The notes under the pieces are model-generated. The model ran no database searches, was not told the DNA's origin, and saw only the letters and a list, made by a program, of their open reading frames with translations. A stretch of DNA of 32,000 nucleotides, taken from the NCBI RefSeq assembly GCF_001655675.1, contig NZ_LYRP01000008.1, positions 18,873-50,872 of the forward strand, given 5' to 3'. Position 1 is the stretch's first letter; every line of letters begins with the position of its first letter. This DNA comes from Mangrovibacter phragmitis. GTDB lineage: Bacteria > Pseudomonadota > Gammaproteobacteria > Enterobacterales > Enterobacteriaceae. A program made the position numbers and the translations under genes. Of this stretch, positions 31,609-32,000 are shown piece by piece.

Positions 31609-31638
31609 AAAAAGCGCTGTGAAAACAGCGCTTTTTTT
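31609..31638. terminator. bidirectional intrinsic terminator between convergent corA and the DUF2628 gene
   Basis: AAAAAGCGCTGT (31609-31620), GAAA loop, ACAGCGCTTTTT (31625-31636). T7 follows on the + strand and a T-rich run follows on the - strand. Confidence 0.8.
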
Positions 31639-31642
31639 ATGG

Positions 31643-32000
31643 TTATATACCCCAGGTTTGTTTGTTTTTTACTTTGTAATCGTAATACCAACCAATAGTC
31701 TGGCATGCCACATAAATATTGAAACAGAAAGATAAAAACCTGAAGTGAATCAGAGTACCAATAATGGCAACAACCAGGCTCACAAGAATGCAGACTATGG
31801 CTTTTTTCCACAGTCCTAAAATCAGCAGGTAAAGGGGGCCAAAAAAGAATGCCAGATAGCTTATCTGAACTTTTTGGCGGTCCCAAAAGGATAACTTACG
31901 TAATGCTTCGCGATTTTCTTTTGGTATAAAAAATGGGTTGCTGTAGCCGCCCATTTTTTCAATGAAAGCAAAGCGAAATTTCCATTTATCTTTTACTTTA
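31643..32000 (-). CDS. DUF2628-family (YigF-like) small inner-membrane protein, probably 5'-truncated by the window edge
   Basis: The track ORF (31643-31954) encodes two TM segments and ...ISYLAFFFGPLYLLILGLWKKAI..., which resembles the DUF2628 signature as I recall it. The frame stays open upstream of the ATG to the window end (KVKDKWKFRFAFIEK-M...), and there is no SD before the 31954 ATG. E. coli has yigF downstream of corA in the same orientation. Confidence 0.7.
   Translation of the reverse strand, partial: KVKDKWKFRFAFIEKMGGYSNPFFIPKENREALRKLSFWDRQKVQISYLAFFFGPLYLLILGLWKKAIVCILVSLVVAIIGTLIHFRFLSFCFNIYVACQTIGWYYDYKVKNKQTWGI

Noticed and set aside
31554-31886. 110-aa minus-strand ORF overlapping the DUF2628 gene in another frame
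   Set aside because: It crosses the bidirectional terminator and the corA 3' end. The alternative frame carries the DUF2628-like membrane signature.

Overview
This window is conserved core chromosome of an Enterobacterales genome, roughly 50% GC by eye. It is collinear with the E. coli K-12 85-86 min region. The order is trxA (3' end), rho, the 12-gene enterobacterial common antigen (ECA) cluster wecA-wzzE-wecB-wecC-rffG-rffH-wecD-wecE-wzxE-wecF-wzyE-wecG, yifK, the argX-hisR-leuT-proM tRNA operon, hemYXDC (minus strand), cyaA, cyaY (minus), lptM-dapF-yigA-xerC-yigB, uvrD, corA, and a 5'-truncated AT-rich DUF2628 (YigF-like) gene (minus). Every large ORF aligns by eye, essentially end to end, with the E. 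coli ortholog as I remember it, so products are called with high confidence. Several track ORFs were trimmed to the homology-supported start. I see no mobile elements, CRISPR arrays, defence islands, pseudogenes or unexplained multi-gene system, so this is an ordinary housekeeping region. The information the ORF track misses is RNA-level and regulatory. The main item is a full-length GlmZ sRNA in the proM-hemY gap, with a sigma54-type -24/-12 promoter and a TGTC-N10-GACA (GlrR/QseF-type) upstream site. The others are a stringent-type tRNA promoter, the CRP operator and TTG start of cyaA, a LexA box and promoter for uvrD inside the yigB 3' end, a long structured corA leader with a possible leader ORF, a C-rich rho leader, abutting cyaA/cyaY stop codons, a 10-nt direct repeat in the hemC-cyaA control region, and three co-oriented Chi sites. 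Compared with E. coli K-12, aslB-aslA (proM-hemY gap) and yigE (uvrD-corA gap) are absent. All homology statements come from memory and by-eye alignment; no searches were run.
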